64,000 bases of DNA. Source: Clostridia bacterium (GTDB taxonomy: Bacteria; Bacillota; Clostridia; UBA1212; DUPL01). The stretch lies in assembly GCA_050951325.1 (NCBI GenBank), contig JBMNIW010000012.1:480001-544000 (forward strand), written 5' to 3'. The notes beneath the pieces were generated by a model, which saw only the letters and a list, made by a program, of their open reading frames with translations, did no database searches and was not told the DNA's origin. This document shows positions 19,068 to 29,058 of the stretch, piece after piece (the stretch's first letter is position 1; the number at the start of each line of letters is the position of its first letter). The position numbers and the translations under genes were made by a program.

Positions 19068-19880
19068 CTACTCTTTAATAATTTCATAAACATCTTTTAT
19101 ACTGTCAAACACATAATCCGGCTTTACATCCGATGTCTCCAGCAGTTCTTTTGTGGTTTCACCGGTAAGAACACAAATTGACATTACTCCTGCGTTTATG
19201 GCGCACAGAACATCTGTATTCAAACGGTCGCCAATAACTGCAATTTCATCCTTGCTGCAGTTTTCCTTCTCCATAACCATTTCAATAATCAATGGATTGG
19301 GTTTTCCAGCTATCATGGAAGGTCTTCTGCCTGTGGCAGCAGCTATCAATTCCATGAAAGCACCTGCATCTGGTATTGAGCGCCCAACACCTACAGGGCA
19401 TACCATGTCCGGGTGGGTTGCTACATAAGCCACACCATCATTTATATAATCGCAGGCTATTCTAAGTTTTTCATATGTCAGGGTGGTGTCAAATCCCATA
19501 ACCACATAATCTGGTCTTTTGTCTTCTTCGGTATAGTAATCCTTTACAAGTTCAAAACCGCTTTCCACAATGTAGTTTTCAAGAGAAGGAGTACCAAGCA
19601 AAAAGATTTTCGCTCCCTCTTTTTCTTTCTTCAAATTGTGCACAAGTGCATTTGCAGATGTGCAAAAGTCGTCTTCAGTAGTTTCAATGTTCAAAGACTG
19701 AAGTTTTTCGATGTACTGTGCTACAGCTTTTGATGAGTTGTTGGTTATATAAATAGCTCTTTTGTTTTGTTTTTCAAGTTCATTTAAAAAATCCATAGTT
19801 CCGTCAATCAATGTTGTATCAAGATATATTGTCCCGTCCATATCAAGTAAAAAGTACTTTATGTTTTTGATCTTGTGCAT
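19068..19880 (-). CDS. HAD-IIA sugar phosphatase (NagD/AraL-like)
   Basis: LLDMDGT, ITNNSS, AGKPNP, IGDRLNTD, VLTGET. Confidence 0.9.
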   Translation of the reverse strand: MHKIKNIKYFLLDMDGTIYLDTTLIDGTMDFLNELEKQNKRAIYITNNSSKAVAQYIEKLQSLNIETTEDDFCTSANALVHNLKKEKEGAKIFLLGTPSLENYIVESGFELVKDYYTEEDKRPDYVVMGFDTTLTYEKLRIACDYINDGVAYVATHPDMVCPVGVGRSIPDAGAFMELIAAATGRRPSMIAGKPNPLIIEMVMEKENCSKDEIAVIGDRLNTDVLCAINAGVMSICVLTGETTKELLETSDVKPDYVFDSIKDVYEIIKE

Positions 19881-19884
19881 TTTA

Positions 19885-21549
19885 TCAGTTTATCTCCTTT
19901 GCAATATTTTTTAGTCTTTTCATTACATCGTTGCCGCCTCTTCCAAAGTAGTCATGCAGCAATTTATACTCTTCATACAGTTTTGTGTATGTTTTTGCGT
20001 TTTCAGGATTTGGTTTGTATACAAAGTCATCAACTTTGCCCATGTTTCCAATCGCTTCATAAACGTCATCATAGCCGCCTAGCTTGCTGCCTGCCGCTAC
20101 AGATGCATATATAGCAGAGCCTAAAGCCGAGGCATACGATGTATGCACAACGGATATGGGCATGTTCGTCACATCCGACAAAATCTGCATAATTAAAGGA
20201 TCCTTCTTGGCAATTCCTCCAGCAGCCACAATTTCAGTTATTGGTATGCCGCTTATCTTGAAGTTGTCAATTATTGTTTTTGTTCCAAAGGCGGTGGCTT
20301 CTATCAAAGCCCTGTAAACTTCCTCTGGTTTTGTTCTCAATGTCATTCCAACTACAAGACCGGACAAGTCAGCATCTACAAGAACGCTTCTGTTTCCATT
20401 CCACCAGTCAAGGGCTACAAGACCGCTTTCCCCTGCTTTCAATAGAGATGCTTTCTGTCTCATGTATGCATAAATGTCCATTCCATGATTTTTGGCTTCT
20501 TCATAATATTTATATGGTACATTGTTTTCTATGAACCAGGCGAAGTGGTCTCCGCCGCCGCATTGACCAGCTTCATAACCGTAAAAGCCTGGAAGTATCC
20601 CGTCCTCCACAACACCACAGATGCCTGGGATGGGCATTTCATCAGAATGGAGCACTTTATGTACATAGGATGTTCCGAGTATCAGAAGCATTTTGCCGGG
20701 ACCTGTGATTCTTGCCGCAGGTAGACACGCATGACCATCAATGTTTGCCATGGACACAGGTGTACCAACATTTAAGGTTGTCAATTTTGCTCCTCTTTCA
20801 GTCAGGGTTCCTGCTCTGGTATATGAAGGGTATACTGGAAGACCAAGCTTGGTTTCATAGATATTCTCAAGTCTAGGGTCAAGCTGTTTTAAAAACTCCT
20901 TGCTTGGATAGCCTTCTCTTTTGTTCCACAGACCTTTGTAACCTGCGCAGCATGCATTGACTTTTGCTTCTTCGCACATAAGCCAGGTAAGCCAGTCTCC
21001 TGCCTCTATAAAATAGTCCATTTTCTCAAAAATCTCCGGAGCTTCATCCATTACTTCCATAAGCTTTGGAAGAGCCCATTCAGACGAGATTTTTCCACCA
21101 TAACGAATAAGCCAATTTTCGTCTCTCTCATTGGCAAGATCGTTTATCCTGTTGGCTTTGTCCTGGGCTGCATGGTGTTTCCACAGCTTTACATAGCTGT
21201 GTTCGTTGGACATGAATTCCGCCAGAAAGCAAAGTGGCGTGCCGTCTTTGAAAACGGGAAGAATCGTGCAGGCTGTAAAGTCAATACCTATACCGATGAC
21301 ATCATCTTTTGATACTTCTCCAATTTTTAGAACCCTGGGTACAACTCTTGCTAATGCATCCAGATAGTCTTGGGGATGTTGAAGTGCCCAGTCTATGTCC
21401 AGCTTTTTTCCGTTTGGAAGCTTTTCATCCATGACGCCGTGTGGATACTTGTACTCACAGCTGGCTATTTCTTCTCCAGTCTTTGCATGTACCAGCAAAG
21501 CTCTTGCAGACAATGTACCGAAATCTATACCAATAACATACTTTGCCAT
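19885..21549 (-). CDS. araB: Ribulokinase (FGGY family)
   Basis: IGIDFGTLSAR, WALQHPQDY, IDFTACT, KLWKHHAAQ, YGGKISSEW, LDWWNGNRSVL. Confidence 0.9.
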   Translation of the reverse strand: MAKYVIGIDFGTLSARALLVHAKTGEEIASCEYKYPHGVMDEKLPNGKKLDIDWALQHPQDYLDALARVVPRVLKIGEVSKDDVIGIGIDFTACTILPVFKDGTPLCFLAEFMSNEHSYVKLWKHHAAQDKANRINDLANERDENWLIRYGGKISSEWALPKLMEVMDEAPEIFEKMDYFIEAGDWLTWLMCEEAKVNACCAGYKGLWNKREGYPSKEFLKQLDPRLENIYETKLGLPVYPSYTRAGTLTERGAKLTTLNVGTPVSMANIDGHACLPAARITGPGKMLLILGTSYVHKVLHSDEMPIPGICGVVEDGILPGFYGYEAGQCGGGDHFAWFIENNVPYKYYEEAKNHGMDIYAYMRQKASLLKAGESGLVALDWWNGNRSVLVDADLSGLVVGMTLRTKPEEVYRALIEATAFGTKTIIDNFKISGIPITEIVAAGGIAKKDPLIMQILSDVTNMPISVVHTSYASALGSAIYASVAAGSKLGGYDDVYEAIGNMGKVDDFVYKPNPENAKTYTKLYEEYKLLHDYFGRGGNDVMKRLKNIAKEIN

Positions 21550-21692
21550 AATATTATCCTTTCTTTAAATTGATAATACATTATCATTGTACACTAAAAT
21601 ACAATTTATTTAAATAGCTTGGATGAACTTGTTAACATAGAAGGCCATTGAATGGCAGAGCAGGCTCAAAGGAGTTTGCTTTTTATCTTTTC

Positions 21693-21721
21693 TTGACATA
21701 ATTTTATGTTCGCTATATAAA
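21693..21721 (+). promoter_or_regulatory. Probable sigma-A promoter of the GH20 gene, with a palindrome overlapping the -35 box and spacer
   Basis: TTGACA-17 bp-TATAAA; ACATAA-TT-TTATGT at 21696-21709. Confidence 0.55.
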
Positions 21722-21756
21722 TTAGTATGAGCATTATGAAAGAGTGGTGTAAATCT

Positions 21757-23469
21757 ATGAATGGAATAGTTATATATCCTGTGCCGAAAAAGGTTAAGTA
21801 TTATGACTGTGCTATTGATTTTGACGAAAGTGAAGTTAATGTAAAGTTTAATGAGAAAATGAGGAAAGAAGAGTATATTATTACCGTGGACAAGGATGGT
21901 GTATGCATTAAATGCAGGGATGACGAAGCCTTGTTTAGGGCAAGAACAACCTTGAAGCAGATCTTGAGTCAGACAGGAAAGCAAATACCATATTTGAAGA
22001 TTGAGGACTGGCCTGATTTCGAAGACAGAGGCCTTATGATAGATATTTCAAGATGCAGGGTCCAAACTCTTGATACATTGAAAAGGATTGCCGACATTGC
22101 CAGTGAGTTGAAATTCAACCAGATGCAGCTGTATATTGAAGGGTTTTCATTTGCATACGAGGACTATCCTCAGGTTTGGGAAGGAATAACTCCTCTTACT
22201 GGAGAGGAAATCAGCGAGCTTGACAAATACTGCAAAGAGAGATTTGTTGATTTGGTGCCAAACCAAAACAGCTATGGTCACATGATGCCCTGGCTTGAAA
22301 GAGAAGAGTTCAAACATCTTGCCATGTGTCCTGACGGTTTCTACTTCGAACTGTTTGGTCACATGAAAACGGGCTGGTCATTGGATCTGCAGGATGAAAA
22401 AGCTCTTGAGTTTCTCTTTGGTTTGTATGATGACCTTTTAAAATTCTTCTCCTCGGACAAATTCAACGTATGCTGCGATGAAACCCTTGATCTGGGCCAG
22501 GGAAAGAGCAAGGAAGCCTGCGAAAAATACGGAAAAGGACATGTTTATTATGAAGGTCTTATGAAGATATATGAGAATGTGAAATCCCGTGGTCTTAAGA
22601 TGATGTTTTGGGGTGACATAATTCTTAATCACCCTGAATATGCAAAAAAACTTCCCAAGGATGTCATTGCTCTCAACTGGGGCTATGATGCAAACGATGT
22701 GAGCGAGGAAAGCTGCAAATGCTTCCAGCAAGCTGGTGTGCCATATTACGTATGTCCAGGCACCAGTGCATGGAATTCCATCTGGGGCATGACGGACAAG
22801 ATGATGAGCAATATTAGAACTTCCGCATACAATGGACTCAAATATGGAGCAGTAGGATACCTGCTTACTGATTGGGGCGACTTGTGGCATCTGCATCATC
22901 TTCCTGTTAGCTATCCTGGCTACTGCTATGGAGCTGCCATGGCATGGAATGCCTGTGAGGAGCAGGAAAAGTATCTGGCAGAGTATATGAACATGTTCAT
23001 CTTCAAGGATAAGAATAATGTTATGGGACAGCTTCTTATTGACATGGGAAGGTATATCAACGAGGAAATGATTGACAGGCTGCCCAAGTATGGAAGAACC
23101 CATCTTGCACATATTCTTTGTGGAAGTCTTGAGGAAAAGGATACTGCCGCAGAAGTAACAAAGGATAATCTTATCAAGGTTTATTCGTATATAGAGGAGA
23201 AGCTGACAAGACTTCAAAAGGCCTCCATGGAATGCGATGATGCTGATTTGATTAAGCTTGAGGTTGAAGCTGGAGCCATGATTCTTAAGTTTGCATGTCT
23301 GCTTGGTTTGTACAAGATTGATGGATACGATGTAAGCAAGGAGACTTATTTGAAAGTCTTGAAAGAGATACAGGACAAGACCATTGAGATGCATAAAAGA
23401 GCATGGCTTGCTAGAAACAAGCCAAGCCGCATGCATGAAGGTGTGGAGGCTCTTGCAAAAATCAAGTAG
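21757..23469 (+). CDS. GH20-family beta-N-acetylhexosaminidase-like protein
   Basis: IEDWPDFEDRGLMIDISR, PNQNSYGHM, NVCCDET (catalytic DE pair), FWGDI, LLTDWGD; start 21727 or 21757. Confidence 0.85.
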   Translation: MNGIVIYPVPKKVKYYDCAIDFDESEVNVKFNEKMRKEEYIITVDKDGVCIKCRDDEALFRARTTLKQILSQTGKQIPYLKIEDWPDFEDRGLMIDISRCRVQTLDTLKRIADIASELKFNQMQLYIEGFSFAYEDYPQVWEGITPLTGEEISELDKYCKERFVDLVPNQNSYGHMMPWLEREEFKHLAMCPDGFYFELFGHMKTGWSLDLQDEKALEFLFGLYDDLLKFFSSDKFNVCCDETLDLGQGKSKEACEKYGKGHVYYEGLMKIYENVKSRGLKMMFWGDIILNHPEYAKKLPKDVIALNWGYDANDVSEESCKCFQQAGVPYYVCPGTSAWNSIWGMTDKMMSNIRTSAYNGLKYGAVGYLLTDWGDLWHLHHLPVSYPGYCYGAAMAWNACEEQEKYLAEYMNMFIFKDKNNVMGQLLIDMGRYINEEMIDRLPKYGRTHLAHILCGSLEEKDTAAEVTKDNLIKVYSYIEEKLTRLQKASMECDDADLIKLEVEAGAMILKFACLLGLYKIDGYDVSKETYLKVLKEIQDKTIEMHKRAWLARNKPSRMHEGVEALAKIK

Positions 23470-23554
23470 CGTATAATTATGGAAACTAATACTTTATATA
23501 AAGAGGAAAGTATGGTAAAATACAAAAGAGTATCATAAAGGAGGTTGCACAGAT

Positions 23555-24115
23555 ATGCTTAACAAAAGTGATTATAAACGATTCAGTGAAAAGATGGACA
23601 AATCCATCGCTGTTCTTGAGGATCAGTTGACGCAGATACGTGCCGGAAGAGCAAATCCCAGTATTTTAAACAAAATAACAGTTGAATATTATGGTGTTCC
23701 AACACCTATTAATCAGTTGGGCAGCATTAATGTTCCTGAAGCCAGGATGCTTGTTTTCCAGCCTTGGGATGTTTCCGTACTGAGTCTGGTTGAGAAGGCT
23801 ATCCAGAAATCTGATATCGGCATAAACCCGAACAACGATGGAAAAGTAATCAGAATCGCATTCCCTCCTTTGACTGAGGAACGCAGAAAAGAGCTTACTA
23901 AGCAGGTCAAGAAAATGGGAGAGGATACTAAGATTGCAATCAGGGCTATAAGAAGGGAAGCCAACGAGTATTTCAAAAACCTTGAAAAGAAGTCTGAAAT
24001 AACGGAAGACGAGTTGAAAGTGGCGGAAAAGGATGTTCAGGAGATGACAGACCAACATATCGAAGAAGTGGACAATGTCGTCAAGAAGAAAGAAAAGGAA
24101 ATAATGGAGATATAG
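23555..24115 (+). CDS. frr: Ribosome recycling factor
   Basis: IRAGRANP, GINPNNDG, PPLTEERRKEL, AIRAIRR. Confidence 0.97.
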   Translation: MLNKSDYKRFSEKMDKSIAVLEDQLTQIRAGRANPSILNKITVEYYGVPTPINQLGSINVPEARMLVFQPWDVSVLSLVEKAIQKSDIGINPNNDGKVIRIAFPPLTEERRKELTKQVKKMGEDTKIAIRAIRREANEYFKNLEKKSEITEDELKVAEKDVQEMTDQHIEEVDNVVKKKEKEIMEI

Positions 24116-24120
24116 TTGAC

Positions 24121-24143
24121 AAGTCCCCACCTTAAGTGGGGAT
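24121..24143 (+). terminator. Hairpin between frr and uppS (weak terminator or stabiliser)
   Basis: TCCCCAC-CTTAA-GTGGGGA, poor T tail. Confidence 0.4.
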
Positions 24144-24164
24144 TGTGTCAGTTAGGAGTGAAAT

Positions 24165-24890
24165 ATGTTGAAGGAGAATGATAAGAAGAGCCTACCTATG
24201 CATGTGGCCATAATTCCCGATGGAAATAGGAGATGGGCAAAGGCAAAAGGCTACCCTGTGAAATATGGGCATAGACAAGGGGCAAATACATTCAAGGAAA
24301 TTGTCAGGTATGCCGGTGAGCTAGGCATCAAATATATTTCCTTTTATGCCTTTTCTACTGAGAACTGGAAAAGAAGTCCTTCAGAAGTGGAAAGTCTTAT
24401 GGAACTGTTGAGAGGATTTCTGAAAAATTCAGATAAGGAACTGGGTAAAGACAAGGACAAGATTAAGATAATGGTTTCAGGCAAAATTGACAGATTGTCG
24501 CCTGAACTTCAAAAAGAAATCAAAAGAATAGAAGAAGAAACCAAAGAAAACACGGGTATTATCGTCAATATCTGCATAAACTATGGTGGAAGAGATGAAA
24601 TATTGGAATGCACAAAGCAAATCTGTCGAAAAGTTGTGGAAAAAGAGATTAGTATTGATAAAATAGATGAGGAGGCTTTCATTTCCCATCTGTTTACAAA
24701 AGACCTTCCCGACCCCGACCTGCTTATTAGAACCAGTGGGGAAGTAAGGATTTCGAACTTTTTGCTGTGGCAGCTTGCCTATACCGAACTGTATTTTACT
24801 GAAAAGTTATGGCCCGATTTTGGTAAAAAGGATTTCGATGCGGCTTTGAAGGAGTATATCGAACGACAGAGGCGTTTTGGAGCAAATTGA
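24165..24890 (+). CDS. uppS: Isoprenyl transferase (undecaprenyl diphosphate synthase)
   Basis: HVAIIPDGNRRWA, YAFSTENWKR, NYGGR, DPDLLIRTSGE.RISNFLLWQ. Confidence 0.96.
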   Translation: MLKENDKKSLPMHVAIIPDGNRRWAKAKGYPVKYGHRQGANTFKEIVRYAGELGIKYISFYAFSTENWKRSPSEVESLMELLRGFLKNSDKELGKDKDKIKIMVSGKIDRLSPELQKEIKRIEEETKENTGIIVNICINYGGRDEILECTKQICRKVVEKEISIDKIDEEAFISHLFTKDLPDPDLLIRTSGEVRISNFLLWQLAYTELYFTEKLWPDFGKKDFDAALKEYIERQRRFGAN

Positions 24891-24903
24891 CTGGGAGGTT
24901 TAC

Positions 24904-25743
24904 ATGAAAGTAAAAACTATAGCGGGCTTTATAACGGCAATAGTCGCTCTCGTTATTGTCATTCTTGGCGGAACAACCATGGGGGTAGTATTGCTTTTTC
25001 TAAATATAATTGGATTATATGAGTTCTATCATATATTTGAACTTAAGGGACATAAACCGATAAAATGGGTTGGTCTTCTTTACATTCCGCTGATACCATT
25101 CATATTTATTAACAACATATCCGAGCCCCTTACAATAAAAATAGCAGGTACAAAGGACATAAATCTGTTTACCTTCATCCAGTATGTGGTTATGGCCTTG
25201 CTGTTGGTAATTATTGTAGTAAGACACAAAAAGCACAATATAATAGACGCTGCCATAACCGTTATGGGAGGATACTATGTGGTGTTTCTATCAAGCTTTT
25301 TCCTTTTGCTCAGATACAAGGAGTCGGGAGTGTTTTTGTTCTTTATTGCACTGGTGGGAACTGTATCTTCCGACACAGCAGCCCAGGTATTCGGGGTGAA
25401 GTGGGGAAAGAAAAAGCTCATTCCTGAGGTCAGCCCCAAGAAAACGGTTATTGGAAGCTTTGGAGCATTTGTAGGTCCATTGATTTTTGTAGTATTGTAC
25501 GGCTACATAATAAACAGACTGGGATATGTAAATATTAAACTGTACCATTTTGTAATTCTGGCCATACTTTTGGGAGCAGGTGCACAGATTGGAGATCTGG
25601 CGGCATCTGCAATGAAGAGATACGCAAATGTTAAAGATTTTGGTAAGCTCATACCGGGACATGGTGGAGTACTGGACAGGATTGACAGTCTTTTGTTCTG
25701 TGTACCAATGGTATACTACTACTTGAGATTTATAAGCATTTAG
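24904..25743 (+). CDS. cdsA: Phosphatidate cytidylyltransferase
   Basis: Multiple TM segments; SDTAA, VSPKKT, GDL, KDFG.LIPGHGGVLDRIDS. Confidence 0.93.
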   Translation: MKVKTIAGFITAIVALVIVILGGTTMGVVLLFLNIIGLYEFYHIFELKGHKPIKWVGLLYIPLIPFIFINNISEPLTIKIAGTKDINLFTFIQYVVMALLLVIIVVRHKKHNIIDAAITVMGGYYVVFLSSFFLLLRYKESGVFLFFIALVGTVSSDTAAQVFGVKWGKKKLIPEVSPKKTVIGSFGAFVGPLIFVVLYGYIINRLGYVNIKLYHFVILAILLGAGAQIGDLAASAMKRYANVKDFGKLIPGHGGVLDRIDSLLFCVPMVYYYLRFISI

Positions 25744-25754
25744 AAGGAGAACAT

Positions 25755-26924
25755 ATGGTAAAGACCGTTTCAATCATAGGATCGACGGGTTCCATCGGGA
25801 CCCAGACCCTTGAGGTGATAAGGGAACTGAATGAAAAGGGAGCGGATATTCGTGTAATAGCGCTCAGTGCTGGGAACAATGTAGGCTTGCTTTTGGAACA
25901 GGCAAGGGAGTTTAATGTAAAGTACTTATCGATAGTCAGGGAAAAAGATGCGGAAACCTTAAGAGAGAATCTGAGGGATATAAATCCGGAGGTATATTCC
26001 GGTGATGAAGGATTAAATAGAATAGCTGAAATCAAGACGGATCTTCTCTTTACTGCAATAGTGGGAATGCGCGGACTTCTGCCCACAATAACCGCCATAA
26101 ATGCAGGCAACAATATTGCACTGGCCAACAAGGAAACTCTTGTCAGTGCAGGCAGTATAGTAATGAATCTTGCAAAAGAGAAAGGTGTTATAATTTTTCC
26201 TGTTGACAGCGAGCATAATGCAATACTGCAGTGTCTGGACGCAGGACAGAAGAAGGATGTAAAGAAACTCATACTTACAGCATCGGGAGGCCCTTTCAGG
26301 GCTTTTACAAAAGAGGATATGTATAAAGTGTCCGTGGAGGATGCTCTTAATCATCCCACCTGGAATATGGGAGGAAAGATTACCATTGATTCCGCAACCC
26401 TTATGAACAAGGGACTTGAGGTAATTGAGGCTATGCATCTTTTTGACATGGATGCTGAAGACATAGAGGTTGTGGTACATCCGCAGAGTATTATTCATTC
26501 CATGGTATGTTACAAGGATAACAGTGTCATTGCTCAATTAAGCATGCCAAGCATGAAATTGCCTATCCAGTATGCGTTGACTTATCCTGACAGGATGGAG
26601 TCACGTATACCGCAGGTATCCTTTGCAGAGATTGGTACTCTAACCTTTGAGGAGCCTGATTTGGATAGATTCCCATGCCTCAAGTACGCATATGAAGCTG
26701 CAAGGACAGGTGGTACCATGCCTTGTGTTATGAATGCAGCAAATGAAGTATGTGCGGAAAGTTTTCTAAGAGGCGAAATCCCGTTTATGACGATTTCCGA
26801 GATTGTAAAAAAAGTTATGGAAGGACATAAAAGTTTGCCAAGTCCTGATTTGGAGGATATACTTATGTGTGACTTGGAAGCCAGAAGAACAGCAGGAGGA
26901 ATTATAGATGGATATGTTAGGTAG
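25755..26924 (+). CDS. dxr: 1-deoxy-D-xylulose-5-phosphate reductoisomerase
   Basis: GSTGSIGTQ, ALANKETLV, PVDSEH, LTASGGPF, HPTWNMGGKITIDSATLMNKGLE. Confidence 0.97.
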   Translation: MVKTVSIIGSTGSIGTQTLEVIRELNEKGADIRVIALSAGNNVGLLLEQAREFNVKYLSIVREKDAETLRENLRDINPEVYSGDEGLNRIAEIKTDLLFTAIVGMRGLLPTITAINAGNNIALANKETLVSAGSIVMNLAKEKGVIIFPVDSEHNAILQCLDAGQKKDVKKLILTASGGPFRAFTKEDMYKVSVEDALNHPTWNMGGKITIDSATLMNKGLEVIEAMHLFDMDAEDIEVVVHPQSIIHSMVCYKDNSVIAQLSMPSMKLPIQYALTYPDRMESRIPQVSFAEIGTLTFEEPDLDRFPCLKYAYEAARTGGTMPCVMNAANEVCAESFLRGEIPFMTISEIVKKVMEGHKSLPSPDLEDILMCDLEARRTAGGIIDGYVR

Positions 26925-27966
26925 TGTGTTAATTATGCTCTTTATGCTCAGTATACTCGTCGTGGTACACGAGTTTGGGCATTTTATAGCGGCCAGACTG
27001 TTTAAAGTCAAGGTTGAGGAGTTTTCCATATTCATGGGTCCAAAGATCTTTTCAAGAGTGAGCAAGAAAACCGGAACAAGATGGTCGATAAGAGCTTTGC
27101 CGATAGGCGGATTTTGCCTTATGGAAGGAGAAGAGGAGACGGTACAGAGTTCGACTTCCTTTGACTCCAAACCCTGGTATGCCAGGGCGGTAATTTTGCT
27201 TGCCGGAGCTCTTATGAATCTGCTTTTAGCCATCCTCATTATTGCCATTATGTTTTCTTTTTTTGGTTATGAAACAAACAAGGTTTCCGAAGTGTTGGTC
27301 GCTGAGGAAGGCACATATCCTGCTCAGGAACTTGGCTTTGAGGTAGGAGACAGAATCATATCCTATGACGGAAAGAGAGTCCATACTCCGAATGATTACC
27401 GTATTTTTGAAATGGTTGACAAGGATATGACAAGTGAGATTGAAATAAAGAAGGCGGATGGCACGGTCAGGAAACACACTATAGAAAGAGAAAAGCTTGA
27501 AAATGGAGCAAAAAGCTATATAGGTTTCCGTTTTGGTGTCGAGAAAGGCAACTTCTTTGGCATATTAGGAAACACCATGCTCTATATTTTCTCCTTGATT
27601 AAGTCTGTTTTCTACGCAATCTTCTGGCTCATAACCGGCCAGCTCGGACTTGACGCCGTAGCAAGTCCGATAGGAATGACGGGTATTGTCAATGAGGTGG
27701 TTCAACAGGATGCTTCCTGGCTTCCAAAACTGCTTGCACTTATTAATATGACTGCTTTAATAAGCGCAAACCTTGCAGTTTTCAATCTGCTTATAGTGCC
27801 AGGCCTTGATGGCGGAAAACTATTGTTTATACTTATTGAGCTTTTAAGAGGAGGAAAAAAGATTTCCCCGGAGACAGAAGCAAAATTCTCATATGTCGGA
27901 ATCGGACTGCTTCTGTTGCTTGCATTGGTTGTAGCAGGAAATGACATACTAAGACTGATAAGATAA
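26908..27966 (+). CDS. rseP: RIP metalloprotease RseP (M50) with PDZ domain
   Basis: HEFGH, PIGGFC, AGALMN, NLLIVPGLDGG; position between dxr and ispG. Confidence 0.92.
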   Translation: MDMLGSVLIMLFMLSILVVVHEFGHFIAARLFKVKVEEFSIFMGPKIFSRVSKKTGTRWSIRALPIGGFCLMEGEEETVQSSTSFDSKPWYARAVILLAGALMNLLLAILIIAIMFSFFGYETNKVSEVLVAEEGTYPAQELGFEVGDRIISYDGKRVHTPNDYRIFEMVDKDMTSEIEIKKADGTVRKHTIEREKLENGAKSYIGFRFGVEKGNFFGILGNTMLYIFSLIKSVFYAIFWLITGQLGLDAVASPIGMTGIVNEVVQQDASWLPKLLALINMTALISANLAVFNLLIVPGLDGGKLLFILIELLRGGKKISPETEAKFSYVGIGLLLLLALVVAGNDILRLIR

Positions 27967-27972
27967 GAAGGA

Positions 27973-29055
27973 TTGGGGATTCAATTGTATCTACGGAATG
28001 AAACCCGAGTTGTTCGTGCAGGTAACGTTTATATAGGTGGCGGTAATAGAATCAGTGTGCAATCAATGACTAATACCGATACCAGGGACGTAAAGAGCAC
28101 CGTAAAACAGATAAGGATGCTTGAGGAAGCGGGCTGCGACATTGTAAGGGTCGCAGTTCCCGATTTGGAAGCCGCAATTGCTGTAAAAGAGATAAAGAAA
28201 CAGATTAATGTTCCTTTGGTCAGCGACATACATTTTGACTACAGGCTTGCTTTGGAGTGTATTAAAAATGGAGTAGACAAGGTAAGAATCAACCCTGGCA
28301 ATATTGGGGATAGAGACCGGGTTGAACAGGTTGTAAAGGCGGCGAAGGAAAGAAACATTCCCATAAGGATTGGAATTAATTCAGGCTCTCTGGACAAAAG
28401 TATAAAGGAAAGATACGGGCTTTCAAAGGAAGCTTTGGTGGAAAGCGCCATGGAACACATAAAGATTTTGGAGGGTCTTGATTTTTACGATATTGTAATA
28501 TCGCTAAAAGCTACAAACATTAAATTGTGCGTCGATTCATATATGCTGATGGCCAACATGAGGAATTATCCTCTTCATGTGGGTGTAACCGAGGCGGGAA
28601 CCTTCCTGTCTGGAACCATCAAGTCGTCTGCTGGCATCGGCGCAATTCTCATGCAGGGGATTGGTGATACCATAAGAGTCTCTCTTACCGGGGATCCTGT
28701 CAGGGAAATAGAAGTGGGAAAGAGCCTTCTTGCTGCATTGGAACTGGGAGGAAGGAATTTTACTTTCATTTCCTGTCCTACTTGCGGAAGAACAGAGCTT
28801 GATTTGACAGGTATTGCAGAAGAGGTGGAAAAGGCGCTTTTTGAAATGGACGGAAAGGGGGAGATAAAGAGGCATATTACCGTTGCGGTGATGGGTTGTG
28901 CTGTGAACGGACCTGGAGAAGCCTCGCATGCTGATATTGGCATTGCAGGTGGCAGAAACGAGGCACTTTTGTTTTCTAACGGAAAGATTGTAGGCAAATT
29001 GAAAGGCGATTCAATAGCAGAACAATTCATACAAAAGATTAGGGAGTTAGGATAA
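27973..29055 (+). CDS. ispG: (E)-4-hydroxy-3-methylbut-2-enyl-diphosphate synthase
   Basis: VQSMTNT, SDIHFDY, RINPGNIG, LHVGVTEAG, SCPTCGR, AVMGCAVNGPGE. Confidence 0.96.
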   Translation: MGIQLYLRNETRVVRAGNVYIGGGNRISVQSMTNTDTRDVKSTVKQIRMLEEAGCDIVRVAVPDLEAAIAVKEIKKQINVPLVSDIHFDYRLALECIKNGVDKVRINPGNIGDRDRVEQVVKAAKERNIPIRIGINSGSLDKSIKERYGLSKEALVESAMEHIKILEGLDFYDIVISLKATNIKLCVDSYMLMANMRNYPLHVGVTEAGTFLSGTIKSSAGIGAILMQGIGDTIRVSLTGDPVREIEVGKSLLAALELGGRNFTFISCPTCGRTELDLTGIAEEVEKALFEMDGKGEIKRHITVAVMGCAVNGPGEASHADIGIAGGRNEALLFSNGKIVGKLKGDSIAEQFIQKIRELG

Positions 29056-29058
29056 GTC

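Noticed and set aside
21550-21620. AraR operator upstream of araB
   Set aside because: ATTGTA-N8-TACAAT only loosely resembles ATTTGTACGTACAAAT and the spacing is wrong
22438-23436. 332-aa minus-strand ORF
   Set aside because: Lies fully antisense to the GH20 gene, with no recognisable motif; a codon-bias shadow
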